From assembly GCA_035686785.1 (NCBI GenBank), contig DASRZC010000176.1:1-22886 (forward strand): a stretch of 22,886 nt of DNA. Reading direction: 5' to 3'. Numbering within the stretch: the stretch's first letter is position 1; each line of letters opens with the position of its first letter. A model generated the notes under the pieces. It saw only the letters and a program-made list of their open reading frames with translations. It did not search any database and was not told the DNA's origin. A program made the translations under genes and the position numbers. This DNA is from Candidatus Kapaibacterium sp. (lineage in GTDB: Bacteria; Bacteroidota; Ignavibacteria; Palsa-1295). This document shows, one piece after another, positions 6,421 to 14,585 of the stretch.

Positions 6421-7011
6421 CTAATGAGATTGTAATTTTGGATTCGAATACCGATGCAACAAAATCCATTCTGCTTTTTGAGGTTCCAGATCAGCATCTC
6501 CTAAGGCCGCGCGCCAAAGCTGATAATATTTCGTTGTTCTCCCGCTTAGCCTCGGCAAATCTTGCACAAACCACCATTGCTCAAGATAGCGGTAGCCGAC
6601 CGAATCGCGCTCAATTGTGTAATGACTTGATTGGTCCGAATAGCTTGAGTCATACTCGAATAGATCAGCGCCTGTCCCGTAACTATGACGGTTGTAGGAT
6701 TCTGATGTAGAATCGTTTTGGGAAAAAATAAGTATGATGACCCCCAAAACCAAGGGATTTATAAGAACAAATTTCCATTTATTTTTCCATAATGCGATTG
6801 CGGAAAGCGGAAACGATAAGAGAAGCACAAATAAGGATACCCACGCTAACGGTGCGGAGAATGTATGATGATACGGAAGCGCACTGCCGAATGGGGTTTC
6901 GCTGTAATCATTTGAAACAGCAGCGAATCCAATGAAAAACGTACAAATGTATTCAACCCATCCTCCGATAAGGATCAAGCTTATTTTTAGAAACGCAAAC
7001 AGGTATCGCAT
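6421..7011 (-). CDS. hypothetical membrane protein (about 3 TM helices plus a roughly 95-aa soluble C-terminal domain)
   Basis: 196 aa. Hydrophobic segments are LFAFLKISLILIGGWVEYICTFFIGFAAV, APLAWVSLFVLLLSFPLSAIALW and FVLINPLVLGVIILIFS. I recognise no family. It is AT-rich compared with its neighbours and ends 8 nt before the tsaB start. Confidence 0.55.
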   Translation of the reverse strand: MRYLFAFLKISLILIGGWVEYICTFFIGFAAVSNDYSETPFGSALPYHHTFSAPLAWVSLFVLLLSFPLSAIALWKNKWKFVLINPLVLGVIILIFSQNDSTSESYNRHSYGTGADLFEYDSSYSDQSSHYTIERDSVGYRYLEQWWFVQDLPRLSGRTTKYYQLWRAALGDADLEPQKAEWILLHRYSNPKLQSH

Positions 7012-7047
7012 TTTTACTTACCAATTAGCTATAATCGTTCCCTTCGT

Positions 7048-7299
7048 TCACGTGACAGCTTCATTCTCAACAAAATCGTGCAGCATATCGGCTCCTAAAT
7101 CAAACTCATTCGGCCAGTAGATTCCATCGCCGCCTTCGTAGATTCGTACTCGTCCAAAAAAATGAGGATCTCTGAGAGGTCGCGTCAGCGGCGCATCAGG
7201 AAGTATTGATGTCAGATCGATACGGGCTGTGGTACCATCATCGAACTTAAGCTCAAGATTTTGTTCTTTCAGCGCATGAACTTCTATAATGCTAACCAT
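7048..7299 (-). CDS. DUF2442 domain protein
   Basis: Track ORF 7048..7392. ATG 7299 gives MVSIIEVHALKEQNLELKFDDGTTARIDLTSIL...PLRDPHFFGRVRIYEGGDGIYWPNEFDLGADMLH, which fits the DUF2442 pattern. It starts 2 nt after the DUF4160 stop. Confidence 0.75.
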   Translation of the reverse strand: MVSIIEVHALKEQNLELKFDDGTTARIDLTSILPDAPLTRPLRDPHFFGRVRIYEGGDGIYWPNEFDLGADMLHDFVENEAVT

Positions 7300-7301
7300 A
7301 A

Positions 7302-7562
7302 CTACGATAAAGGTTGAATCTTCTGTAAAGTTTCCGGGAGTTTGCTCTTTCGCCAATTTTCCATAAGCTCCTCGGTATGTTTGGATGCCCATTCCCTTAT
7401 GTAGCGAACGGCTGATGCCGGCAATTGGCCCTTGATGATTTCGAGAGTTTCAATATCGAATTTAGCCTTCTTACCCTCATACTCCGCATGGAAATGGGGC
7501 CGGTCATGATCCAGGAAATACATCTTAATCACTATTCCGTAAAACCTGCTAATCTCCGGCAT
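7302..7562 (-). CDS. DUF4160 domain protein
   Basis: 86 aa. MPEISRFYGIVIKMYFLDHDRPHFHAEYEGKKAKFDIETLEIIKGQLP...IREWASKHTEELMENW carries the family's conserved PHFHA motif. The ATG (7562) abuts the gcdH stop codon (7563..7565) with no spacer. Confidence 0.8.
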   Translation of the reverse strand: MPEISRFYGIVIKMYFLDHDRPHFHAEYEGKKAKFDIETLEIIKGQLPASAVRYIREWASKHTEELMENWRKSKLPETLQKIQPLS

Positions 7563-8744
7563 CTATCCTCCATAAGCGGGTATCCCCGTAATATCCTCCC
7601 CCAGCACCAGCGTATGAATATCATGCGTTCCTTCGTAGGTGCGAACCGATTCCAAGTTCGTCATGTGGCGCATGATAGGATATTCGCCGAGGATGCCATT
7701 CGCACCGTGAACATCGCGAGCGGTTCGCGCAATTTGAAGAGCGATATCGACATTATTGCGCTTTGCGAGTGAGACTTGCTGCGGACGCATGGTGCCTTCG
7801 TTTTTGAGGGTTCCCAATCGGTGAACCAACAACTGTGCTTTCGTGATTTCCGTCAGCATGAACGCGAGTTTTTCCTGCACGAGTTGGAATCCGCCAATGG
7901 GCCGGCCGAATTGCACGCGGCTCTTCGCGTAATTTACGGAACTTTCATAGCAAGCCATCGCCGCGCCAACGGCGCCCCATGCAATGCCATAGCGCGCTTG
8001 CGTCAGGCAACTCAGCGGGCCTTTCAGTCCTTGCACGCCGGGCAGCATATTCTCTTTTGGAAGCTCGACATCCTGAAAAACGAGTTCGCTCGTCACGCTG
8101 GCGCGGAGCGAATACTTCCCCCTCATTTCCGGCGCGGTAAAGCCATTCATTCCTTTCTCGACCAGAAATCCGCGAATCGTTTTTGCATCGTCGCTATCGA
8201 GCTTCGCCCACACGACGGCGACATCGGCGATCGTCCCGTTCGTGATCCACATCTTCGCGCCGTTCAGCACGTAGCCGTTCGAAGTTGTCTTCGCGGTTGT
8301 GACCATTCCGGAAGGATTCGAGCCGAAGTCCGGCTCCGTCAGCCCGAAGCATCCGATCGCCGCGCCGGAGGCCAGCTTCGGCAGCCATTTCATGCGCTGT
8401 TCCTCGGTGCCAAACGTGAAAATCGGATACATTACCAACCCGCTCTGCACGCTGGCGAACGAGCGCATCGCCGAATCGCCGCGCTCAAGTTCCTGCATGA
8501 TGAGGCCGTAGGAAATATTGTCGAGACCGGAACTGCCATATTTTTCCGGCAGCGTTGGCCCGAGCAGGCCCAGCGCGCCAATCGTGGGAACAAGCTCGCG
8601 CGGAAACGTCATCGCCTGATTATGCGCCTCGATGATCGGTAGCACCTCAGCCTCGACGAAGGAGCGTACCGTATCGCGGACCATCCGCTGCTCCTCGGTG
8701 AGGAGCGATTCGATGTCGTAATAGTCAACCAGCATTGCGGGCAA
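7563..8744 (-). CDS. gcdH: glutaryl-CoA dehydrogenase (acyl-CoA dehydrogenase family)
   Basis: 393 aa. SFASVQSGLVMYPIFTFGTEEQRMKWLPKLASGAAIGCFGLTEPDFGSNPSGM and the C-terminal GEYPIMRHMTNLESVRTYEGTHDIHTLVLGEDITGI closely parallel known GCDH sequences. Confidence 0.9.
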   Translation of the reverse strand: MPAMLVDYYDIESLLTEEQRMVRDTVRSFVEAEVLPIIEAHNQAMTFPRELVPTIGALGLLGPTLPEKYGSSGLDNISYGLIMQELERGDSAMRSFASVQSGLVMYPIFTFGTEEQRMKWLPKLASGAAIGCFGLTEPDFGSNPSGMVTTAKTTSNGYVLNGAKMWITNGTIADVAVVWAKLDSDDAKTIRGFLVEKGMNGFTAPEMRGKYSLRASVTSELVFQDVELPKENMLPGVQGLKGPLSCLTQARYGIAWGAVGAAMACYESSVNYAKSRVQFGRPIGGFQLVQEKLAFMLTEITKAQLLVHRLGTLKNEGTMRPQQVSLAKRNNVDIALQIARTARDVHGANGILGEYPIMRHMTNLESVRTYEGTHDIHTLVLGEDITGIPAYGG

Positions 8745-8812
8745 TTATGAATTAGGAATTATGAAAATTTAGAACGCTAGTTCATCATTCATAATTCATA
8801 ATTCCTAATTCA
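8743..8812. repeat. inverted heptamer arrays forming an 18-bp perfect stem (possible terminator or insulator between the lipoprotein gene and gcdH)
   Basis: TGAATTAGGAATTATGAA (8748..8765) is the exact reverse complement of TTCATAATTCCTAATTCA (8795..8812). The arms are built from AATTATG/AATTAGG and TTCATCA/TTCATAA/TTCCTAA heptamers. Confidence 0.75.
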
Positions 8813-8844
8813 GCCTTTCCCGGAGCATCGTCGGCGATGCTGGT

Positions 8845-9528
8845 TTACTTTTGCTCGAACGAGAGCAAGTGGTTTTCGACCATCCCAAAATTGGGACGCT
8901 CGATATGCGAGAAAATCAGTCCGGTGCCGCGAGCGAACCATTCGGTGCCGGTCGTTCCCTTCACGCCGGTGTATTGTACCATCACAACGCTGTCATAGGT
9001 TTTTCCCTCTACCTGCGCCGTGCCGCCATACATGGTGACGTTCGCGGTGATATGCTCCCCTTGCGATATGAACGACCACGTGGCATTTTTTTGAAGCGGC
9101 GCTTTCAGATCGACCCAGCTATCGGTGTAATTGTCCGGCGATGGTTCGAGGCCAAGCGCCACAGCTTGCGTGTCACAAAGCGCGTAGTACCATAGCTGAG
9201 GCGTACCGTAATTATTCGAGTAGCTCCAAAGGCAGGCATAAACTGGCATGGTCTTGAACGTATCGGTATTGCCCTGCATGGACATCGTGAGCCCACCGGA
9301 AGCCGGATGGTACGGCGCATTCAGAGAGGTTACGGTATAATTATATTCGCAATTCGTCGTTGCGAGATGAATATAATAATTCCTCACGTCCGGCTCCGGC
9401 GCGGGCGTCGAAGGATTATCCGCGATCGAGGAGCAGCCCGAAGCTGCAAACCCCAATGCGAGTGAAAGAGCCGCAAGTACATAATTCTTGCAGCCCAATC
9501 CCAATTTGTTAATACCACGTTTCATCAT
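8845..9528 (-). CDS. hypothetical lipoprotein, last gene of the ECF sigma operon
   Basis: Track ORF 8845..9606. ATG 9528 gives MMKRGINKLGLGCKNYVLAALSLALGFAASGCSS (signal peptide plus lipobox ASGC). The earlier ATG would overlap the upstream gene's end. I recognise no family. Confidence 0.6.
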   Translation of the reverse strand: MMKRGINKLGLGCKNYVLAALSLALGFAASGCSSIADNPSTPAPEPDVRNYYIHLATTNCEYNYTVTSLNAPYHPASGGLTMSMQGNTDTFKTMPVYACLWSYSNNYGTPQLWYYALCDTQAVALGLEPSPDNYTDSWVDLKAPLQKNATWSFISQGEHITANVTMYGGTAQVEGKTYDSVVMVQYTGVKGTTGTEWFARGTGLIFSHIERPNFGMVENHLLSFEQK

Positions 9529-9568
9529 CTCATCTCTCTCTTTCTCTTTCTGTTGCGGTCGAACCGCA

Positions 9569-10744
9569 TTAAAACCGATACGTAAGCGCGTATTCGATGC
9601 TGCCATTCAGCGAATTGAATACGTTCGAGCCATCATAAATTACTGGCGTACTCGAAGAAAGAATGGCGCTCTCCGATCCATTTTGGTGCAGCCGGCTCAC
9701 AATAAGCGAGACTCCCCCAAGCAGTCGTTCGCCGAATGGCACTTCAATTCCAAGTTCCGCGCTCAGCATCGTGCCGAGCGAATAGAAGCCGCCGCCCGCC
9801 CCGCCGGTCACGAAAAATAGTCCTTGAACTACTGGCTCCCGGTGGCGGTAGAATAGTTCACCAGCATAGCCTTGCTGAAGTTCCATCGTTTCGTGCGTAT
9901 ATCCCGCTCCGGCCGCGGGTCTCAGACCGGCGAATGAGCCATCTGTAATTCTCAACCCGACTTGATTTTTTTCATCGAGGTTATACGCGGCTCGAATAGT
10001 CACGTCCGCGAAAGGCCCTTGCTGCGGGACGGAACCCGGAAAACTAAATCCGCTCATCGGCGAAGAAATTCCGGCTTCGAATTTTGATTCGGCATCGGCT
10101 GGCGGAAGCTCCCTCAAAGATTGAAACGTAGCATGGCTAATTGAAGGTAATGGAATGCTCGCCACTTCTGATTCTTCCGGCGCAGGATGCATCGTGATGG
10201 CGGAAGATGGATCACCCACGATCAATGAAATATCATTTGTCGTCGTCAAATTATCTCCGGGAATTTCTGAATTTACCTGCTCTATCGCCGTTCGATAAGC
10301 TGGTTCGAAGGTGCGCTGCGCGGTCTCGAACCTGGCGTTCGCCGCCATGTGCTGGATGGATATTCCCTGGTTTTTGATTTTACCGCTTTCGGCACTATTG
10401 GCTCCGGCATTTTGAAATTCGAACGAACCAGCAACTCCGGCGATAAGGATAGCGGCCACGCCCGCCGTGACTGCAATACGGCGAAGCGTCCAAAAACCAA
10501 CCGGGAGCCGCTCTTCCTCTTGCAACGCCGCAATGCGAGCGAAGACTGCTTCCTCGAGTTCTGGTGAAATGGAAATATTTTGCGCCGCACGGACCGCCAT
10601 TTGCCGGAGCGCGTCATGGGCCTCGAAAATCTCTCGGATTTCCGGACTCACCGACACGCGGTGCAACAATTCCGCTCCTTCCGAATCATTCAACCGCCCA
10701 TCGAAATAGGCAATGATCGTATCTTCTATTGGATATGCTTTCAT
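9569..10744 (-). CDS. anti-sigma-factor-like membrane protein with a beta-barrel-like C-terminal domain
   Basis: 391 aa. ATGA overlap with the ECF sigma gene. The N-terminus IIAYFDGRLNDSEGAELLHRVSVSPEIREIF resembles the anti-sigma N-domain but lacks the Cys ligands. One TM segment (IAVTAGVAAILIAGVAGSF). The C-terminal roughly 170 aa shows alternating hydrophobic/Gly-rich strand-like segments and ends ...YALTYRF. Confidence 0.55.
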   Translation of the reverse strand: MKAYPIEDTIIAYFDGRLNDSEGAELLHRVSVSPEIREIFEAHDALRQMAVRAAQNISISPELEEAVFARIAALQEEERLPVGFWTLRRIAVTAGVAAILIAGVAGSFEFQNAGANSAESGKIKNQGISIQHMAANARFETAQRTFEPAYRTAIEQVNSEIPGDNLTTTNDISLIVGDPSSAITMHPAPEESEVASIPLPSISHATFQSLRELPPADAESKFEAGISSPMSGFSFPGSVPQQGPFADVTIRAAYNLDEKNQVGLRITDGSFAGLRPAAGAGYTHETMELQQGYAGELFYRHREPVVQGLFFVTGGAGGGFYSLGTMLSAELGIEVPFGERLLGGVSLIVSRLHQNGSESAILSSSTPVIYDGSNVFNSLNGSIEYALTYRF

Positions 10745-11484
10745 CGTGCAAATACCTCCTCGATTCCGCGAGATAGATCGTCCAGTGCTTCTGTTTCAGG
10801 CAGATTGGATGATTGCTCATCCTCCGGCTCGAAACTCTTTTTTGAAACCCGCGATCGGCTTCGGCGTCCCCCCGCGAGGCGCCCCGCCAGGCTTCCTTCG
10901 TTTTTGTAATGAGGCGTGAGAAGTTGCCGAAGCTGCTTTTTCGCCCTCGTGATTCGAACTCGGACGTTCATTTCCGTCGTGTTCGTCATTTGGGCGATGG
11001 CCGCATAATCGTGTCCTTCGAATTCGCAAAGCAAAAATGCTTCGCGGTACATCGGGGCGATTTTTTTTAATGCCGAGCGGAGCAGGTCGTCCGCGATCAA
11101 TTGATCGAGCGGTTCCACCGACGCGTCCCGCGTATCGCCACCCAGCGTGTCGATCTCGGCCGGATTCCCGATCTGTACGAATTCCGGCGTGAATTTCGAT
11201 TCGCGCAGTAAATTAAGGCATACCGAGCGGGCAATCAGCAAGACCCAGCTTGTGAGTGCGCCTGCTGCTCGAAGTTGCTCGCGGCGCGTATAGACTCGCA
11301 CGAAAACTTCCTGGAAGGCGTCCTCGGCCAACATGCGGTCGCCCATATAATACAGGCAATAGCTGAAAACCCGCTGACGGTGCAGCGAATAAACGTACTT
11401 AAAACCGGCCATATCACCTTCGATGAAAGCCTCGATAAGCTTGAGTTCGTGTTCGTCTAATGTTTTGCGCGATCCTTGTGGCAT
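10741..11484 (-). CDS. RNA polymerase ECF-type sigma-70 factor with a roughly 55-aa C-terminal extension
   Basis: 247 aa. Region 2-like: RVFSYCLYYMGDRMLAEDAFQEVFVRVY...WVLLIARSVCLNLLRE. Region 4-like: YREAFLLCEFEGHDYAAIAQMTNTTEMNVRVRITRAKKQLRQLL. A basic-then-acidic tail follows. Confidence 0.85.
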   Translation of the reverse strand: MPQGSRKTLDEHELKLIEAFIEGDMAGFKYVYSLHRQRVFSYCLYYMGDRMLAEDAFQEVFVRVYTRREQLRAAGALTSWVLLIARSVCLNLLRESKFTPEFVQIGNPAEIDTLGGDTRDASVEPLDQLIADDLLRSALKKIAPMYREAFLLCEFEGHDYAAIAQMTNTTEMNVRVRITRAKKQLRQLLTPHYKNEGSLAGRLAGGRRSRSRVSKKSFEPEDEQSSNLPETEALDDLSRGIEEVFAR

Positions 11485-11705
11485 GATGACTGAGCAAGGT
11501 TACCCGCTCCACGATATAAGACACAATGGGGGTGGGGAATGTTACAAGTCGGAAATTTGGCAACTATTGATTTTTCTCATGTTATGGTTAAGCAACCTAA
11601 ATCGTGACTGTAATAATGAAGGCGGGAATTGTGTCTCTTTGGATTGAGCCGTACCTATTAAATCAAGAAACGGCTGCTTCAGTACCACATTATTTCCAAA
11701 CTACC

Positions 11706-12773
11706 ATGTCAGCATTTTTCAATAATAACCGATCTTTATCCTACCTTGTATTATTATCGACGCTCGTTATCGGCTCCTGTAAGAGCAGCACGAGTCCGTC
11801 TTCCACAACTTCTACTTCATATGCCGCCACGTATCTTGTGAGCGATACGGCTGGGTTCGGCGCTTCGCGGATCGATGCGGGTCTTCTGAACCCATGGGGA
11901 ATCGCGGTGATGAGCGATGGAAGTTTTTGGATTGCCGTCAACCACGATAGCTCAGGATTCAATTATAATACGTCAGGCCAACATGTGAATGCTACTGTCT
12001 CCATTCCGTTGCCAGGCGGCACGACCGGCGCCAGCCCAAGCGGAGCGATAATCAATACCACCACGAATGGCGACTTCAAGGGCGCAAAGGTGATCTATTC
12101 TACCGAAGATGGCATTCTCGCTACGTGGACAAGCGGCGCAAGCGCAGAGCAGGTCACCACGCCAATAGACTCCGAGGAAATAAAAGGCCTTGCGATCGGA
12201 AACGACGGCGGAGCGAATTTTATTTATGCCACCGATTTCAAGGAAAATAAAATCGTCGTCTTTAACAGTAACTTTACCCTCACGAGCAAGACCCTGAGTG
12301 ATCCATCTATTCCCTCCTCGTATGGACCCTTCGGCATTTCAAACATTGGCGGCATGCTCTATGTCACCTACGCGCTCCATAAACCATTCCCAGATAATGG
12401 CGACGATTCTGCGGTGGCTGGAACGGGCTATGTCGATGTCTATACTCCCAATGGCCAACTCGTCAAACGATTTGCCTCGGGTGGTACATTTAATTCACCG
12501 TGGGGTATCGCGGTCGCGGGCAGTGGCTTTGGACAGTTCGCGAATGCCATCCTCATCGCAAACTTTGGCGATGGGAGAATCAATGCTTTCGATACCACCG
12601 GCAAGTATCTCGGGCAGCTCATGAGCGGTGGTACCTATAGCACTCCCATTCAAATCAACGGCCTCTGGGGCATCACCTTCAATTCCATTACCGGCGACCC
12701 GAACACCCTCTATTTTACAGCCGGTCCAGACGAAGAAAACCACGGTACGTTCGGGTACGTGAAGGGGCAATGA
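11706..12773 (+). CDS. TIGR03118-like beta-propeller lipoprotein, paralog 1
   Basis: Track ORF 11604..12773. ATG 11706 gives MSAFFNNNRSLSYLVLLSTLVIGSCKS (lipobox). LVSDTAGFGASRIDAGLLNPWGIAV..., FNSPWGIAVAGSGFGQFANAILIANFGDGRINAFD and INGLWGITF match my recollection of the TIGR03118 family. Confidence 0.7.
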   Translation: MSAFFNNNRSLSYLVLLSTLVIGSCKSSTSPSSTTSTSYAATYLVSDTAGFGASRIDAGLLNPWGIAVMSDGSFWIAVNHDSSGFNYNTSGQHVNATVSIPLPGGTTGASPSGAIINTTTNGDFKGAKVIYSTEDGILATWTSGASAEQVTTPIDSEEIKGLAIGNDGGANFIYATDFKENKIVVFNSNFTLTSKTLSDPSIPSSYGPFGISNIGGMLYVTYALHKPFPDNGDDSAVAGTGYVDVYTPNGQLVKRFASGGTFNSPWGIAVAGSGFGQFANAILIANFGDGRINAFDTTGKYLGQLMSGGTYSTPIQINGLWGITFNSITGDPNTLYFTAGPDEENHGTFGYVKGQ

Positions 12774-12791
12774 ATGAGATGCAGTCCACTC

Positions 12792-12816
12792 ACCGCCGCC
12801 AACAATAGGCGGCGGT
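12792..12816. terminator. GC-rich hairpin between convergent genes (candidate bidirectional terminator)
   Basis: ACCGCCGCC (12792..12800) / GGCGGCGGT (12808..12816), a 9-bp perfect stem with a 7-nt loop. There is no clear U-tract on either strand. Confidence 0.4.
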
Positions 12817-12841
12817 TACAAGAAAAGCTTGCGGCTTCGGA

Positions 12842-13720
12842 TTACCGTCCATACGGCGCGGTGGCGCCGGAACTGCCCAGCATGGCCTTATAGCGGGCAT
12901 AATTGGCTATATTGAGTTGCGCCGCGGTTGGATTTGCGAGACCGGCCTTTTGAATGTCCGCCGTTATTGCGTCAATCCGCTCCTGATCGACGGGATGGGT
13001 TAGAAAAAGCTGCTGAAATTTGCCCGGCTGATTTGGCTCCGCGGCAAGAGACTTTGTGAGAAAGAGCTTCACGCCGCCCGGCCACCAGGGATGTCCCGGA
13101 AGCTCGTTCAAATCATCGAACGAACCCTGATCGGCTTCGCGCTCGTCATCGCGGCTGAATTTGAGGACCGTGAGGTTGCTTCCAAGATTCGCCACGATTG
13201 ATCCAAGCTGGGCATAGCCTCCGGCGGCTCCGAGCGCAAGCGATTCCAGCGCCTGTAAGCCATATTGCTGCGTCATGTTGCGCGTGGCGTGCCGATGGTC
13301 CGCGTGCGTAGTCTCATGCGCCAACACCCCAGCGAGCGCCGATTCGTTATCGATAAAATTAAGCAGGCCCGTATAAACATAAATCCCGCCCGCAGGAATC
13401 GTAAAAGCATTCACCGTTTTCGGATCGTTGATGATCGTCACGGTATAATGGAAGTCTTTATTCTGAACATTGGGGGATTGCACAATCCGGTCTTCAATGG
13501 ATTGAAGATAGGCGGTAAGGGTCGGGTTGTGCAGGATCGGATAATGCACGGGATCGGCGGCGATTTGTTGCGTCATTTGCTGTCCAAGCTGGACATCCTC
13601 CGATTTTGAAAATAGATTAATTCCCGCGGCACAGCTTACGATTGCGGAACAAACGAGCATAATACTGGCCAATATAAGAAAACGTCGCCTGTTGTACACG
13701 ATTGATTTCATCATTCTCAC
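12842..13720 (-). CDS. M48-family zinc metallopeptidase, lipoprotein
   Basis: 292 aa. HExxH site in GVLAHETTHADHRH. N-terminal signal with lipobox (SAIVSCAAG). Overall layout is like periplasmic M48 peptidases. Confidence 0.8.
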   Translation of the reverse strand: MRMMKSIVYNRRRFLILASIMLVCSAIVSCAAGINLFSKSEDVQLGQQMTQQIAADPVHYPILHNPTLTAYLQSIEDRIVQSPNVQNKDFHYTVTIINDPKTVNAFTIPAGGIYVYTGLLNFIDNESALAGVLAHETTHADHRHATRNMTQQYGLQALESLALGAAGGYAQLGSIVANLGSNLTVLKFSRDDEREADQGSFDDLNELPGHPWWPGGVKLFLTKSLAAEPNQPGKFQQLFLTHPVDQERIDAITADIQKAGLANPTAAQLNIANYARYKAMLGSSGATAPYGR

Positions 13721-13741
13721 GAGTCTTTCATTCTTCCTTTC

Positions 13742-14530
13742 TCATCTTGCAAGTACTTCGCCAATGCGCCACAGCCCGAAGCGCTCGGGATATTCGACCC
13801 CTTCGAGCACGAGGCCGTGCGCGGGCGCGATGTATTTCGCCCTCCATAATTCACGTGGCTCGCGCAAAAGTGTCTCGAATTCGTCGATCGAAAGTGTTCC
13901 CTGTCCCACCCTCACCATTGCGCCCACGAGCGCCCGTACCATTCCGCGCACAAAGCGATTGGCGCGTAGCGTGAGCGCAAAGGTCGTGCCATGAAATTCC
14001 CAGCGCGCCGATGCCACGATACACCGGTAATGCTTCACGTCCGATGTGCGCTTGCTGAAGCTTGTGAAATCATGCTCACCGATGAGCAAAGACGCCGAGC
14101 GTTCCAGCTTTTCAAACTCGACATCGCGCCGGACGGCCCAGACGAAATTCCGGTCGATCGCCGTGCGCTCCCGCTTAATGGTGTAGCGATATTCGCGCGC
14201 GAGAGCGCTATGCCGCGCGTGGAAATCCTCCGTGACGGGCCGAAGATCCCGAATCGCAATGTCCTCCGGCGTGGTGGCATTAATCGCCATGAGAAGCTTC
14301 TGTAGGGTGATCGGAATCTCATCCGGGAACTCGATGTGCGCCACCATGCCGCGCGCATGGACACCGGCATCCGTTCGTCCCGCGCCGTGTACGGTAATGT
14401 GGCGAGCAAAAAGTTGATGAAGCCCGCGCTCGATCTCGCCTTGGACAGAGCGGCCTTTGGGATGATCCCGCTGTGTTTGCCAGCCGGCGAAATCAGTGCC
14501 GTCGTATTCGATGAGAAGAGCGAGCTTCAG
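13742..14530 (-). CDS. truA: tRNA pseudouridine(38-40) synthase TruA; no canonical start codon, start position uncertain
   Basis: The frame is open over 13742..14554. Residues upstream of the first ATG (14347) read LKLALLIEYDGTDFAGWQTQ...ITVHGAGRTDAGVHARG, which is the TruA N-terminus and catalytic-Asp motif. Only CTG (14530), ATT (14542) or ATC (14548) are available as starts. The C-terminal part (RFVRGMVRALVG) is also TruA-like. Confidence 0.8.
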   Translation of the reverse strand: MKLALLIEYDGTDFAGWQTQRDHPKGRSVQGEIERGLHQLFARHITVHGAGRTDAGVHARGMVAHIEFPDEIPITLQKLLMAINATTPEDIAIRDLRPVTEDFHARHSALAREYRYTIKRERTAIDRNFVWAVRRDVEFEKLERSASLLIGEHDFTSFSKRTSDVKHYRCIVASARWEFHGTTFALTLRANRFVRGMVRALVGAMVRVGQGTLSIDEFETLLREPRELWRAKYIAPAHGLVLEGVEYPERFGLWRIGEVLAR

Positions 14531-14585
14531 AAAATTGAAAATTAAGATTGAGAATTAAGAAATTTCTGATTAAGTCCATTCCTAT

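Noticed and set aside
6054-6710. 218-aa plus-strand ORF spanning the tsaB / membrane protein junction
   Set aside because: It is antisense to tsaB, whose GPGSFTGLRIG signature is clear, and it crosses a gene boundary. It has no motifs of its own.
7776-8642. 288-aa plus-strand ORF
   Set aside because: It lies entirely antisense to the well-supported gcdH gene. It is Arg/His-rich and low in complexity, so I treat it as a shadow ORF.
8743-8812. Possible CRISPR-like array, given the short repeats here and at 2581..2610
   Set aside because: The units are contiguous 7-mers with no spacers. There are no 24-40-nt repeats separated by unique sequence and no cas genes.
11557-11570. Sigma-54-like TTGGCA...TTGA in the ECF sigma / TIGR03118 divergent spacer
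   Set aside because: The GG-to-downstream-element spacing is 2 nt shorter than the TGGCAC-N5-TTGC consensus, and the GC dinucleotide is absent.
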